64,000 bases of DNA from GCA_000165345.1 CM000429.1:224001-288000; one strand, 5' to 3'; shown: positions 1-11,245, counted from the stretch's first letter. Translations and numbers: made by a program. The notes: generated from the letters alone by a model not told the origin.

Positions 1-317
1 TAGTCTTCCAAAGTAATATGATCTTTGTAAACATTGTACCATTTCTGAATTCTTATTTTGTCCCATCTTGTACCTAATAAAATTTCAATAAGAATTAATA
101 TTTCATGTTAATATGTATAAAAATGATTCTAATATTGTAAGTTCCCAAATAAAAATTACCACATGAAAAAAATATAGGCAGAATCATTTTGCAATAACCA
201 GTCAAACTCACCTGTAACTTCAGCAACAAGCTTTTTCAAATCTCCAATTGTATCATCTGGGTTACACTTGACCCGAATCTTCTTCCCCAGCCGATCATTT
301 AAAACAACCTCGATCAT
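1..317 (-). CDS. UBL5: Ubiquitin-like protein 5 (UBL5/Hub1). Exon 1 is 212..317 and exon 2 is 1..73, which runs off the window start. The intron is 74..211.
   Basis: Manual minus-strand translation gives [35 protein letters not shown]|[25 protein letters not shown]..., a close match to UBL5. The donor is GTGAGT and the acceptor is TTATTAG. This gene is not in the ORF track because it is spliced and short. Confidence 0.8.
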
Positions 318-572
318 TAAAGAAAATCAGCTGAAAGTGGAAGAAGAATAGCTTTTTTTTCCCCTCCACTCAAAAAATAATTTTATCATTATTACGTGTC
401 TCCTGCAAATCGCCTATACCGGCATTCATGCAGAAATCTTTGCACATGCAAAAAAAAAAAGTTGCACATGTGGACAACAAAACACAAAAATATAATTATT
501 GGGGCTCGCCCATCATAATCTACGATAAACTAGTAATCTTAAAGAAATTTTCATTTTTATTTCTTAAAAAGA

Positions 573-1205
573 TTACAATTCCAGTTTGGCAGAAGGAGCA
601 GTACCAGAGTAATGAGAACAGGCAGTGACCTCAATACGCTTTGAAGTTCTTCCAGAGTAAGAACCAAGCTGCTCAATCTTAGTGAGTGTGAGCTTACTCT
701 CATCATCAACCAATTTTCCAAAAACTACGTGTCTTCCATCAAGATGAGGAGTGGGGGTGAAAGTGATGAAGAATTGGGATCCATTGGTATTAGGACCTCT
801 ATTAGCCATTGAGACTACATGAGATTCATGAACAAACTTAAAGTTTTCATCCTCAAAAGAATCACCATATATGCTTTTTCCACCAGTTCCATTACCATTA
901 GTGAAATCACCACCTTGAGCCATGAAACCTGGAATAACTCTATGGAAAATACTTCCAATATAACTCATTTCTTTACCATCTTTATCCTTCATTCCACCAA
1001 CACAAAGGGAGTAGAAGTTATTGGCAGTCTTTGGCACTTCTACACCAAAAAGACCAATTCTCAACTTGCTCTCTTCCTTATCAATGGAGACCGTGAGCTC
1101 AACAACTACTGAAGGGGTTACTGTACTTGGACGAACACCTTTCTCTGCAAAAACCGAGACAATTAGCCCAAGTAATAGTGAAATAAAAGCAAAGATAAAT
1201 CTCAT
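573..1205 (-). CDS. Cyclophilin-type peptidyl-prolyl cis-trans isomerase with an N-terminal signal peptide (ER/secretory cyclophilin B-like)
   Basis: It has a hydrophobic N-terminus ([20 protein letters not shown]). The cyclophilin core motifs [23 protein letters not shown] and [17 protein letters not shown] are present. The C-terminus is ...SAKLEL. Confidence 0.9.
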   Translation of the reverse strand: MRFIFAFISLLLGLIVSVFAEKGVRPSTVTPSVVVELTVSIDKEESKLRIGLFGVEVPKTANNFYSLCVGGMKDKDGKEMSYIGSIFHRVIPGFMAQGGDFTNGNGTGGKSIYGDSFEDENFKFVHESHVVSMANRGPNTNGSQFFITFTPTPHLDGRHVVFGKLVDDESKLTLTKIEQLGSYSGRTSKRIEVTACSHYSGTAPSAKLEL

Positions 1206-1807
1206 TTTTTTAAAAGAATACTATAAGCAGAATTGGACGATATTTATATTTATTTTCAAATTGTCTTTGAGTTAACCACAAAAATTGGATTAGAACTTAA
1301 AATAAATAATTCCAGTAAAAAAAATCACAGTATACTAAGATTTAACTATGATCTAAAATCCAACAAAGTTTTCGAGTAAATAATTCAATAAAGCAATTTG
1401 AAAATAAAGGCACCCCACAGAATTTTGAATAATTTACTATATATAATTTACAATACAAAATATATGGTAACTTAAGTTAGCGCAAAAAGTTTTAAGATCG
1501 AATTGATTTGATAAAGCAATATATGGTATTAATAATATTGTAAATATACTCAGCAACACCCCCATAAATAAAACAAGTAAAGCCGTTGCCTTTTTTAATG
1601 AGGGGAGTAGCTTCTAATATATATACATATATATAAATATATGTATTCAGTTCCCCTCTCCACCATTCATATTCATAATTAACAAGAAGAAGCCCTTTAC
1701 TGTTTTCTATATATTTCTACTTCCCCTCTTATCCTATTCATTTCTCACCCCCACTAAAATATATTAAATTCAACAGTTAATATATTTTGGTATCCTATAC
1801 GTGTCGC

Positions 1808-1820
1808 ATTTGGGCGGGTT
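1808..1820. promoter_or_regulatory. E2F-like site ATTTGGGCGGGTT in the divergent cyclophilin/eIF4A promoter region
   Basis: A GGCGGG core flanked by T-rich sequence. It sits in the 850-bp region between two divergently transcribed genes. Confidence 0.4.
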
Positions 1821-2055
1821 GTCTCGAAGTGCTGGAAAAATGGAGACAATTAAAGAGGTAATGGAGGAAAGTAAAGAAAATATAGAGTAAGGTCTTTTTT
1901 TTCCATTTTGCGTATTTAAGCGCAACGACAAGTTCTTTTAGCAGTGAAAAAACATAAAAAAGCGAGAGGTTTTTTTTTGAATAAAAACCCTGTTGGATAT
2001 TACAAGTTCAAGGTAATTTGTAATATTTTCTTCTTTTTAAAATCGATCAACTAAA

Positions 2056-3273
2056 ATGACAAATAGTGAGCAAAATCCTCCTTCAGAGGAGAACGTACAA
2101 GTAGCTTCAACTGGTGAAATTGAGAGTAATTATGATGAAATTGTGGAGTGTTTTGAAGCTTTAAATTTAGAGGGTGATTTATTGAGAGGTATTTTTGCTT
2201 ATGGTTTTGAAAAACCATCAGCAATTCAACAGAGAGGTATTAAACCGATTTTGGATGGATATGACACAATTGGGCAAGCTCAATCTGGTACTGGTAAGAC
2301 AGCAACATTCGTTATTGCAGCTCTTCAGAAAATTGATTATTCACTAAATGCTTGTCAAGTACTTTTACTTGCTCCAACTCGCGAATTAGCTCAACAGATT
2401 CAAAAGGTAGCTTTGGCATTGGGAGATTATTGTGAACTTAGATGCCATGCTTGCGTTGGTGGTACTTCAGTTAGAGATGATATGAATAAACTGAAGAGTG
2501 GCGTTCATATGGTTGTTGGTACTCCCGGTAGAGTTTTCGATATGCTTGACAAGGGTTATTTGAGAGTTGATAACCTCAAGCTTTTCATATTAGATGAAGC
2601 AGATGAGATGTTAAGCAGAGGTTTCAAGGTTCAAATTCACGATATCTTTAAGAAGCTCCCTCAAGATGTTCAGGTAGCTCTGTTCTCCGCCACAATGCCA
2701 AATGAGATTTTACACCTCACAACTCAGTTTATGAGAGATCCAAAGCGTATTTTAGTAAAACAAGAGGAGCTCACTTTGGAAGGTATTCGTCAGTTTTATG
2801 TTGGCGTTGAAAAGGATGAGTGGAAAATGGATACTTTGATCGACTTATACGAGACTCTTACAATTGTCCAAGCAATTATTTACTGTAACACAAGAAGACG
2901 AGTTGACCAACTCACAAAGCAAATGAGGGAGAGAGACTTTACATGTTCATCTATGCACGGAGATATGGACCAAAAGGACCGTGAAGTCATTATGAGACAA
3001 TTTAGATCAGGCTCATCTCGTGTTCTAATTACAACAGATTTACTAGCAAGAGGTATCGATGTTCAGCAAGTTTCTCTTGTAATTAATTATGATTTGCCTG
3101 TCTCACCAGAAACTTATATTCATAGAATTGGCAGATCCGGTCGTTTCGGTAAGAAAGGTGTTTCAATAAACTTTGTTACTGACGACGACATTGTCTGTTT
3201 GAGAGATATTGAGAGACATTATAATACTCAGATCGAGGAGATGCCAATGGGTATCACTGATATTCTCCAATAA
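2056..3273 (+). CDS. eIF4A: Translation initiation factor eIF4A (DEAD-box RNA helicase)
   Basis: Near-identity to eIF4A across the whole protein. Motifs present include [38 protein letters not shown] and the C-terminus NTQIEEMP. Confidence 0.96.
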   Translation: MTNSEQNPPSEENVQVASTGEIESNYDEIVECFEALNLEGDLLRGIFAYGFEKPSAIQQRGIKPILDGYDTIGQAQSGTGKTATFVIAALQKIDYSLNACQVLLLAPTRELAQQIQKVALALGDYCELRCHACVGGTSVRDDMNKLKSGVHMVVGTPGRVFDMLDKGYLRVDNLKLFILDEADEMLSRGFKVQIHDIFKKLPQDVQVALFSATMPNEILHLTTQFMRDPKRILVKQEELTLEGIRQFYVGVEKDEWKMDTLIDLYETLTIVQAIIYCNTRRRVDQLTKQMRERDFTCSSMHGDMDQKDREVIMRQFRSGSSRVLITTDLLARGIDVQQVSLVINYDLPVSPETYIHRIGRSGRFGKKGVSINFVTDDDIVCLRDIERHYNTQIEEMPMGITDILQ

Positions 3274-3977
3274 GCCATTATTTACTTAAGTAGTAGTAAA
3301 CTTTACTTGCTTGATTTCTTTATTTCGCTTTAATCTTTCCTCCATATTCTTGATTTCTATATATTCATATAAACTTAAAGTTTAGACCGTCCCAAAACCT
3401 AAGCTTTAGGGAATCTTCAATCCGAAACAAGTGACCGTTTAGAATTCTAAAACCTTGTGAGCTTGCATTTATCCACCACTGCCGCTACCACCACCACCAC
3501 TTCATCTCTTGACTTCTATGCCTTTTCTAAACTCAAGCCGCCATAATTTCCCGCCCCACTAAAAGTACCATACACGTCATTTCTTTATTAATTGCATGTG
3601 GTTACATGCATCCACATAAAAAAGAAAAGCTTGTAATAATTAAGAGCACAGAAGAACAGTAGGTTAATTAATAAAGGTAACAGATCTTCTTTATCCTATT
3701 CTAAAAGCAAAATGTAATTCAAATAATGAGCGAACAAGTATATATTCAATGCATACAAAGAAAAAATCATAATCTACAAGTAGTATTAAATAATTAGAAT
3801 TAATATAAGTAGATAAATAATAAAAAAGTACAATTTAACTATATAAATATAAAGTTTGAATCCACTCTTGTTTGTACTTTGTCTTTCTAGAGAGAAACTG
3901 AGAGGGGATTCAGGTGTTTGCTTTTAACAGTTTGTCGGAAACTAATCAAGTTTTCATCTTCTCTCTGGATTTACCTT

Positions 3978-6900
3978 TTAAATAACCTTTTTCTTCTTAA
4001 TTAAATCTTTCACAATTCTGTACGTGTTTTCAGCTGATGGTCTGAATTCAGGGTCCTGATAAGTCATTGATCTAAGTAAAGGAATCCAAGCATCGTGATT
4101 CTTCATAATAGAAACAGGAACGACCCCTTTGCTTCTAAAACTATCTAGAACATGAATTCTTTCCATGGCTGTAGTGAATCTTGGGCAAAGGAGCTCGAGT
4201 AGGATAAGGGCTGCCGAATATATATCTGCCTTTTCATTACATAAAGCTCCTCCTTCTGGAGCAGTATATCCAGGAGTACCAATTACTTGACCGCGTACAC
4301 TCATTTGGGAGTCCAATCTCGAAAGAGGATTGTTCATCTGAGCTTCCATTTGGCTTTGTCTTCTTCTTTCGTCCATAAATCTATTCAAATCATTGTTAAC
4401 TGCAGCTCCATTTTTTTCAAGTTTGTAGGAAGGAGTAAAAGAGGAGGGTGGTTGAGACATTAATTGAGTATCACCACTAATCACATTACTATTACCATTA
4501 TTAGTCTTAGAGTCACCGTCAAACATTAATCTAGCAAGCCCAAAATCACCAATTTTGATCTGGAGGGAGTCTGGGTTCACAAAAATGTTTTCTGGTTTTA
4601 AATCACGATGAACTATTCCCTTCTCATGAATATCTCTGATACCCTTAATAATTTGTTTGAACATATTAAGCTCAACATCAGTTCCACCATATTCGGTACT
4701 TCTGCTTGCGTCTCCAAGCCAGGATCGTAAAGTTACTCCAATGCAGAGCTCCATTTGTATCATCATAATTACCTCATAAATTGGATCGTTATCTTTACGA
4801 TTTGCTGGAGAAAGATATACAAGAGATCTATGGTGGTGATTATGATTGTTATTATTGAGGCTTTTGCTATTGTCAGTAACGGAAGATATTGAACTGACTT
4901 GTGGGAAGTTTCCAGACGATAATACAAAGAGCTCGTGATTGTTTTGAGTATTAGTAGAAATAGTCTTAGTTCGGTACAATAATCCATTATCATTTGGTTG
5001 ATTGTGAACGTCGTCAATATATATATTTGGTATTTCTTCGATATGTTCTGGAGAAGACTCCTCAAGTTCAGACTTCTCAAGAACATGAGATTCATTCTCA
5101 AAAGCTATAAAGTTTAGATCATGAGAGTCGTTCTCAAACCCATCTTGTAAAGAAGAGTTTGAAGCTAAACTCAGATTTCCAAATCTCTCACTATATCCAA
5201 TACTTAATTTATCATCAGAATGTAAACCAAAACCCTCACTTCCATCAGCGTACCTATTTCCATTTATATGTGAGTCACCATTAAAAGCGGATTCTTCAAT
5301 ACCTTGGTAATTATCTTCGCCATCTAGGTCAAAAGGAGCCCTGCTAAAGCAGGAGTCAGAGTTACTAGACTGGGAACGTTCGTCTTCGTTATAAAAGCCA
5401 AATTCATCATTACGGCGTCCTTTTCGGTTCTTTTGTGTAAACTCTAATGAGAAACGTCCTATACTGTCATTAGAAGAGGTTTCCATTAGAAGATCCTCAT
5501 CTTCTTGTGATAATTCATCAATAATGAAACGTGCTTTGATTTTGTTTGGACCCCGATCCAAAGTCTCCGAGTTATCTGCAAGTTCTTTTTTCGAGTTTTT
5601 CTTTCGTCCTTTTAGACCACTAGAGTCAGATTTACGATTCTTATGCTTCTTTGTTGGTTTCCTAGTCTCAAGAACCTTCGGCTGAATAGAAGAGTGGGAT
5701 GCAGATTTGGAACAGCCGAGACTATCAATCCCATCTACATAATTCTGTAGGGCCTCTGGTTCTTCGCACCACCAAGTATAATATCTGACCACATGCTTAC
5801 TCAAAGTAGTACGGTTTGCAGTAATTTCCCTAAAATAACGAATTCTAGTAATGTCATCGTTTGCTCCAATCCCTAATCTTAGGAACTTGATTGCATAATA
5901 AGTTCCTCTTTCCAGTTTGTGCTCGACTTGATAAACCTGACCGAACCCGCCACTTCCTATAAGCTTCACAATCTCGAAGTTCTTAGAAAATCGGCCATTA
6001 TCAATACATCTTGCAAGCTCACAACGAGGAGGAATATTGTAGAGAGAGGATGACTTAGGTCCACTGGCAGCAGATTTTGGAGTGAATGCATTTTGGCTTT
6101 CCTGGAGATTTGTTGGGGTATTTGCATTGCTTGCATTAAGATTAGCTTGACCGCGCGTTGTGGAGGCTCCAAGATGGGCGGTAATACTTGAGTTGGGCAA
6201 GTCAATTGTGAGCTTGGAGTCATCTTCAAAGCTTGTTCTTGCTCCTAAGTTATCAAAGTGATTGTTGTAATTGGGGCTTTTAGATATAGAATCATTTTTA
6301 TTATTGAGTGCTTTGAAGAAGGCATTCTTTGAGATTCCAATGAAGTTCGTACGCATATCGACCATGGAATAGCTTTTAGAGAGGCGCATGTACTTGTCAC
6401 CTGAGCTACGGGAAGGAGGGAAGTCGGTTTCTGTTTCTTCAGAATTAAAAGTAGTGACATATGAGGAGCCGAGGAATGAATTCCGGAGGTTTCCGCTCTG
6501 TTGTTGATTGTTTACACTTGCAGTATGTTTTCGTTTAGAGAGTAGTACGAAGAGCAGGATTACGTTGACTATGAAAAGTATTATTCCAGTGGTCATTGCG
6601 AGGTGATTTCTGTGATACAGAATAGAAAGGGAAGATAGGATAGAATTGGAGCCATTCTCTGACTCTAACTCGGGTGGTTTAGGAGATTCTGAGTTGGTTC
6701 CTAAGCCTACAGCTTCCGTCTGGTTGTGTAAGTTTTGCAGAGTTACCTCTTCTTCAGAAGTTTCAGTCTTATTGCCTGGGAGAGGAAGCATAGGTCTGGG
6801 AACAGGCCTGTTTGAGTTAATAACCATAGGAGTAAGGCCTTTGAGCTTGCTACCAATAAGATGACTGATCTCAGAATTTACAGGCTTAGATTTGCTATGA

Positions 6901-7976
6901 GCAAAGTCATCTAGCAAAATGTTGTTGTTAGTTCCAATTAGAGGACCAACAGCAGAGTTGGAGTAGTTACGAAGACGGCTGACATGCACCTGCTCAATAT
7001 AGTAGAAGTTAGAAGGGAAATATGGGAGAGATAACCCCTCTTTAAGAATAAAGACTTTGGAAATAATACTGTTAAATCCCAATGAAATATTTTTCAAGTA
7101 TAGAGAATTTCGTGAAGAACCAAAGAAGATAGGTATTTCTCGATCTGCTTGACCAGACTCCAATAGATGAACATTCTGGAGGCTTTGAGAATATTTGTTA
7201 TAGTTAATTCCATTAACATCTGAGTATCTGATATCCCATTCTAACTTGTTTGTGGGGATGTTTAGGGCAAGAATCTTCCAAGTAGTAACTCCAATTGCAA
7301 TGCTAACTTGAATTTTTGGATTAAGGGATGCCTCTTGATCATAAGCTTCGCATTGTTGGGACGAGGCAGAGTTTGAAAGAATTCTTCCAGTAAATAGATC
7401 AATAGCTAGGACATCAGATGTTCTGGAACCAGTAAGATATAATCCAGGAAAGAGGGAGGAGTGGAACGGACACCTTTCGACTAGATCTCCGATACTGATA
7501 CCCTCTATTGGTATAACTCCTCCTGGTAAAACTGATTTTTCAGAAAAGATATTTTCATAGGTGTTTTGGGTATTATGGAAACCTTGAGTGCTTTCAGAAG
7601 ATGTTCCAAAAAAAATCTTTCCTTGAAAAGAACAGTATAAACGAGTTGATTTAATGCTTGATTCATCGTTCCCATGGTCATAAAAGACCCTACTAGGATA
7701 AAATGTACCTTCCTCAAGGATCTTCCTTTTCCACAAGATCTTTCCATTCTCTCCAATTGACCATAAAGTACCATCCACTGTCAATACAAAGTAGATTTCT
7801 GGTAGGCTAATTCTACTAGACTCACTATTTCTGCTTGGCAAATCCAGATCACCAGCCTTGACAAGCAAGGAAAAAAATAGCTGAAAAATTAGCACTACTA
7901 ATCCCCATTTAACTAGCATTCCCTTCGTTCCTGCATCTCTATATGAGACCTGCCAAATTCTCTTTCTACCTTTCAT
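3978..7976 (-). CDS. PERK-like (PEK) eIF2alpha protein kinase. It has a signal/anchor sequence, a lumenal beta-propeller-like domain, a TM helix, and a kinase domain with a very large low-complexity insert.
   Basis: The N-terminal hydrophobic segment is followed by VLTVDGTLWSIGENGKILWKRK, which resembles the PERK/IRE1 lumenal motif. There is an internal TM (GIILFIVNVILLFVLL). Kinase motifs are GSGGFGQVY...AIK, HRDLKPENIF, DFGLAR and GTPGYTAPE. An insert of about 450 aa between subdomains is typical of eIF2alpha kinases. There is no C-terminal KEN/RNase domain, so it is not IRE1. Confidence 0.75.
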   Translation of the reverse strand: MKGRKRIWQVSYRDAGTKGMLVKWGLVVLIFQLFFSLLVKAGDLDLPSRNSESSRISLPEIYFVLTVDGTLWSIGENGKILWKRKILEEGTFYPSRVFYDHGNDESSIKSTRLYCSFQGKIFFGTSSESTQGFHNTQNTYENIFSEKSVLPGGVIPIEGISIGDLVERCPFHSSLFPGLYLTGSRTSDVLAIDLFTGRILSNSASSQQCEAYDQEASLNPKIQVSIAIGVTTWKILALNIPTNKLEWDIRYSDVNGINYNKYSQSLQNVHLLESGQADREIPIFFGSSRNSLYLKNISLGFNSIISKVFILKEGLSLPYFPSNFYYIEQVHVSRLRNYSNSAVGPLIGTNNNILLDDFAHSKSKPVNSEISHLIGSKLKGLTPMVINSNRPVPRPMLPLPGNKTETSEEEVTLQNLHNQTEAVGLGTNSESPKPPELESENGSNSILSSLSILYHRNHLAMTTGIILFIVNVILLFVLLSKRKHTASVNNQQQSGNLRNSFLGSSYVTTFNSEETETDFPPSRSSGDKYMRLSKSYSMVDMRTNFIGISKNAFFKALNNKNDSISKSPNYNNHFDNLGARTSFEDDSKLTIDLPNSSITAHLGASTTRGQANLNASNANTPTNLQESQNAFTPKSAASGPKSSSLYNIPPRCELARCIDNGRFSKNFEIVKLIGSGGFGQVYQVEHKLERGTYYAIKFLRLGIGANDDITRIRYFREITANRTTLSKHVVRYYTWWCEEPEALQNYVDGIDSLGCSKSASHSSIQPKVLETRKPTKKHKNRKSDSSGLKGRKKNSKKELADNSETLDRGPNKIKARFIIDELSQEDEDLLMETSSNDSIGRFSLEFTQKNRKGRRNDEFGFYNEDERSQSSNSDSCFSRAPFDLDGEDNYQGIEESAFNGDSHINGNRYADGSEGFGLHSDDKLSIGYSERFGNLSLASNSSLQDGFENDSHDLNFIAFENESHVLEKSELEESSPEHIEEIPNIYIDDVHNQPNDNGLLYRTKTISTNTQNNHELFVLSSGNFPQVSSISSVTDNSKSLNNNNHNHHHRSLVYLSPANRKDNDPIYEVIMMIQMELCIGVTLRSWLGDASRSTEYGGTDVELNMFKQIIKGIRDIHEKGIVHRDLKPENIFVNPDSLQIKIGDFGLARLMFDGDSKTNNGNSNVISGDTQLMSQPPSSFTPSYKLEKNGAAVNNDLNRFMDERRRQSQMEAQMNNPLSRLDSQMSVRGQVIGTPGYTAPEGGALCNEKADIYSAALILLELLCPRFTTAMERIHVLDSFRSKGVVPVSIMKNHDAWIPLLRSMTYQDPEFRPSAENTYRIVKDLIKKKKVI

Positions 7977-9158
7977 AAAAAAAGTTGTCCCAAGAACGAT
8001 TTGTCAAATCAGTTCAGAGACTACATTAACTCTCTCATTCAACCGAACCTTATTTGAGCCTCTTTATCCATATACTATTATTTTTAAAGGCCCTCTGTAC
8101 CTTTAGCTATTTAGCTTCTTATTATCTTCCTACCTGACGAAAAAAATTCCGGCTGTAACTCTCTCAGAGAAAGTTCGCGCAATTATCTTCAATCTTCTAT
8201 TGTACTTTCAACTTATTTCGGAAATTTGTCTTTTCAATTCTTTATTTTCTTCTACTTTTCCGAAGTAACCTAGCTATTTCCTTGTAAATTAAACCTTTTC
8301 CACCATAATTTGCCCGCCTAAATGATCAATTTTTAAAAAATTTAATATTAAGCCACAGCTTTAAAACTTGAATGACTAGAGCCTGTTTTGACCTAAAGTA
8401 TAAAGTTTTTGCAAATTCTGTTAATTTGTGCTTTTTAATGGAATTTTACCTTTATTCGGTTCTAAGTTTTACTTTCAAAACACCATTTAGTATTATTGTC
8501 TTTATTCATGCAATAAACTTTATTGAGTGGTTTAAATTGGGGGAGCTATCAGTATTTGAAAGCTTATTTTATTTACCGGCATTTGCATGTTATCCACTCT
8601 GCATGGCTTGCATACTATTTCTGGCATTTGCATGCAAGCCGGTATTCAGACTATTACTCCCCAAATTGTTAATTATTACTTTTTTTTAGGCAATGCGAAA
8701 GCAAACTTTAGATTGGTTGATAAACTTGCTACTGTCTTATCATTATTATTATTACTATTATTATTGCTTCTATTAGTGAACTAGTTTGGCTAAATGCGAT
8801 AATAGAAATTCTATTATAATCAGGTTAGCTATTAAAAAAATAGTATCCCAAAAAATTCCAGGTAAAATTCAAACCTTTCTGGTTGAAATTCTAACACCTA
8901 TTTATTTCTAAAGGGTTCGTTAACTTGACAAAATTTTTCAAATATCGACTTTTTAATTAAACTGACGTAAAAATAAAACACACCCAAAAGTACCTTACTA
9001 AGGGTTACAAAATATCAAATTAGTACAAAATTTCTTAAAATGGCTTTCGTTTCGATATAGTTCATTATTTTCTTGTTCAAATATTAAAAAAATTTTCGCC
9101 ACAAATTAATATTTTACTTTAAGAATAACTTATAATTCAACCCTACCCACTCACGTGA

Positions 9159-9232
9159 GCTGTCTTAGCTCAGCACGGTAGAGCGCCAGCCTTTTAAGCT
9201 GGTGGTCATGGGTTCGATCCCCATAGACAGCG
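9159..9232 (+). tRNA. tRNA-Lys, anticodon UUU, 74 nt, no intron
   Basis: Manual cloverleaf. The acceptor stem GCTGTCT pairs perfectly with AGACAGC. The D-arm is GCTC/GAGC. The anticodon stem is CCAGC/GCTGG with loop CTTTTAA (anticodon TTT). The T-arm is ATGGG-TTCGATC-CCCAT. The discriminator is G. The CCA end is not encoded. Confidence 0.9.
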
Positions 9233-9237
9233 TTTTT
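9233..9237 (+). terminator. Pol III terminator (T5 run) immediately 3' of tRNA-Lys
   Basis: TTTTT directly follows the discriminator base. Confidence 0.7.
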
Positions 9238-9914
9238 GTCCAACAGATCGGTGTTTCCCGCCTTGTCTTTTGAAATCATTTTGTTAAATAGCAAATTAAT
9301 ATTAATAAGTTAGAGGTAATACAAATTAATAGTCTCTGTTGACAAACTGGAAAGCCAATTTTATTCAATTTTTTTTTTTTAAATATATTAATTTTCCCCT
9401 CTATAAATTTTTAGCTATTTAAGCTAAGAAAAAAATTTTGTATAAAAAGTTAAGTACATTAGTGTGAATAGTTTTAGGTTTTGGATTTTTTTTAGAACCT
9501 TCATAAAGTCTCTTATAAGGAAAATATCAGCAGGTTCTTGACAAAAAGAGAAAATAAGGACAGAAGTAGATAATTTTTTATTTGGGCAAAAAAGTGATTA
9601 TTGAAATTAGTATTGATGTTATTACATGTACTTTAACTTGCCCCCCTCATAAATAAAGTAGTTTGCAAAATAATTACACACTAAAATTAATAGTAAATTT
9701 GTGCGAGTGCAAATTATGGATTAAGTTCATACTTGCTATAGAAAATAATTTTTTTAAGTAAATAATTCAGTATTTGCTATAATATATTCCCATTTCATGG
9801 GAATTATTAAATATAAATTATTCATATATTTTTAAGTTTGTGAAAAATATTTACGTATATAATTATTTTTACCCTCGCAAGTTTCTCCACCTGCATGGCT
9901 TGTCGGGTTTGATA

Positions 9915-9923
9915 TTTAGGCGG
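9915..9923. promoter_or_regulatory. E2F-like TTTAGGCGG upstream of the A20/AN1 gene, followed by an (AAAATA)n tract at 9997..10035
   Basis: The motif is about 350 bp upstream of the ATG at 10269. Confidence 0.3.
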
Positions 9924-10268
9924 TACAATCCTCTCTGAATAAACGGAAGAAAAATATTCCCCTTTTTGGACTTTTCACATTTTCTGGAATTAGAGAGGAA
10001 AATAAAAATAAAAATAAAAATAAAAAAACAAAAATTAATTCAAAGACGATTGGAAATAGATTTATTAAATATCAACTTATTTGAAGCATTTTTTTCAAGT
10101 ATTTTAGAAACAGTTGGTATTAATTCAAGTATTTGCCAGACATTATATAACTTCAAAACTTGAATATAAAATAATATTCTCTTTTTATTTGATATAAAAT
10201 AAAAAAGACTTAAATTAATAGCAAATATAGATTTTTTTTTTTGAATACAGAAATTAATAATATTCATA

Positions 10269-10844
10269 ATGGATTCAAATACGCCTCCAGTCTCATCTAG
10301 TCCAGCCCATTCTCCTTCATTATGTTTAAATAACTGTGGCTTTTATGGAAATCCAACAACAAATAACCTCTGTAGCAAATGTTATAAAGATAGTATTTCA
10401 GGAAACAGTGTCAGTAATCAGAGCTCAGTAAGTCATCCTCAGAGTAGTGATTCAGTAGGCCCCTCAAAAGATTCTGAATGCGGTTTCTTAGAAACTTCAA
10501 AAGAATTTAAACAAGAATCAAGTAGCCCTACACTAATTGAACAAGAAATCACTTCTATAGAAACAACAAAAGAGAAAGACTCCCAAGATTTGACTACGGA
10601 ACCTGCATCTTCTTCGGCTTCATTATCCTCACCCACTGAAAAACCTTCAATCCCAGGAAGATGTTACCATTGTAATAAAAAGGTTGGGATTTATGGATTT
10701 AACTGCCGATGTGGCTTCAACTTCTGTAGTACTCACAGATATGCAGATGCTCATGATTGCACATTTGATTATAAGACATTTGAAAGGGAGCAGCTTAGAA
10801 AGACTAACCAAGCAGTTATTGCTGACAAAATCCAAAGAATTTGA
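10269..10844 (+). CDS. A20-type plus AN1-type zinc-finger protein (stress-associated protein family)
   Basis: The N-terminal A20 zinc finger is CLNNCGFYGNPTTNNLCSKCY. The C-terminal AN1 zinc finger is CYHCNKKVG...FNCRCGFNFCSTHRYADAHDCTFDYK. Confidence 0.8.
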   Translation: MDSNTPPVSSSPAHSPSLCLNNCGFYGNPTTNNLCSKCYKDSISGNSVSNQSSVSHPQSSDSVGPSKDSECGFLETSKEFKQESSSPTLIEQEITSIETTKEKDSQDLTTEPASSSASLSSPTEKPSIPGRCYHCNKKVGIYGFNCRCGFNFCSTHRYADAHDCTFDYKTFEREQLRKTNQAVIADKIQRI

Positions 10845-11245
10845 CTCTACTGTTTTCACTGGGGTATTATTTATAATCAAAATTATAATATAGAGAATAC
10901 CCGGAAGATTGACTTCTCTCAATTAGGAATTTGGAGAATTCATATAAGAAAAGCAATGCCTTTTTATTCAAATGTTTTTCCCCTCATATTTATTACTAGT
11001 TTTTCAACCTAATTTCCATTTAAATTAATTGTTATCTACTTTCTACTTGTTTTGACTATTTTTCTATTCTCGACAAATCTTTTGTATTTTCTAGTTTAAC
11101 AGACTACTTGCTTAACCTAAGAAGCTGTATTTATAGGTTTAATCAATAGCACCTCATATCTAGAGTTTTTGAGGATTGAAGCAAAGCTTTAATACAAAAT
11201 ATTCATATTAAAACAATCTCATTTCTTCCTATTATTTCCACTTAG

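Noticed and set aside
819-1275. ORFs 819..1112 and 1021..1275 (+), and many similar 60-120 aa ORFs overlapping long genes (e.g. 4769..5101, 5966..6229, 6245..6460, 14205..14567, 14404..14616, 22826..23110, 23329..23550, 26936..27322, 28993..29289, 29473..30015, 30730..31020, 46168..46602)
   Set aside because: These are antisense or alternate-frame shadows of confidently identified genes. Several are driven purely by codon-repeat tracts (poly-I/T/H opposite poly-N/S/D) and they show no independent motifs.
8372-8784. ORFs 8372..8689 and 8587..8784
   Set aside because: They overlap each other and are driven by low-complexity (TTA/ATT)n and GCATG-repeat DNA (poly-Leu, FACYPLCMAC). They are more likely promoter-region sequence of the upstream kinase gene than coding.
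9997-10035. (AAAATA)n tract and other A/T homopolymer runs (e.g. 21142..21156, 48478..48491)
   Set aside because: They are expected low-complexity in AT-rich intergenic DNA and have no higher-order structure.
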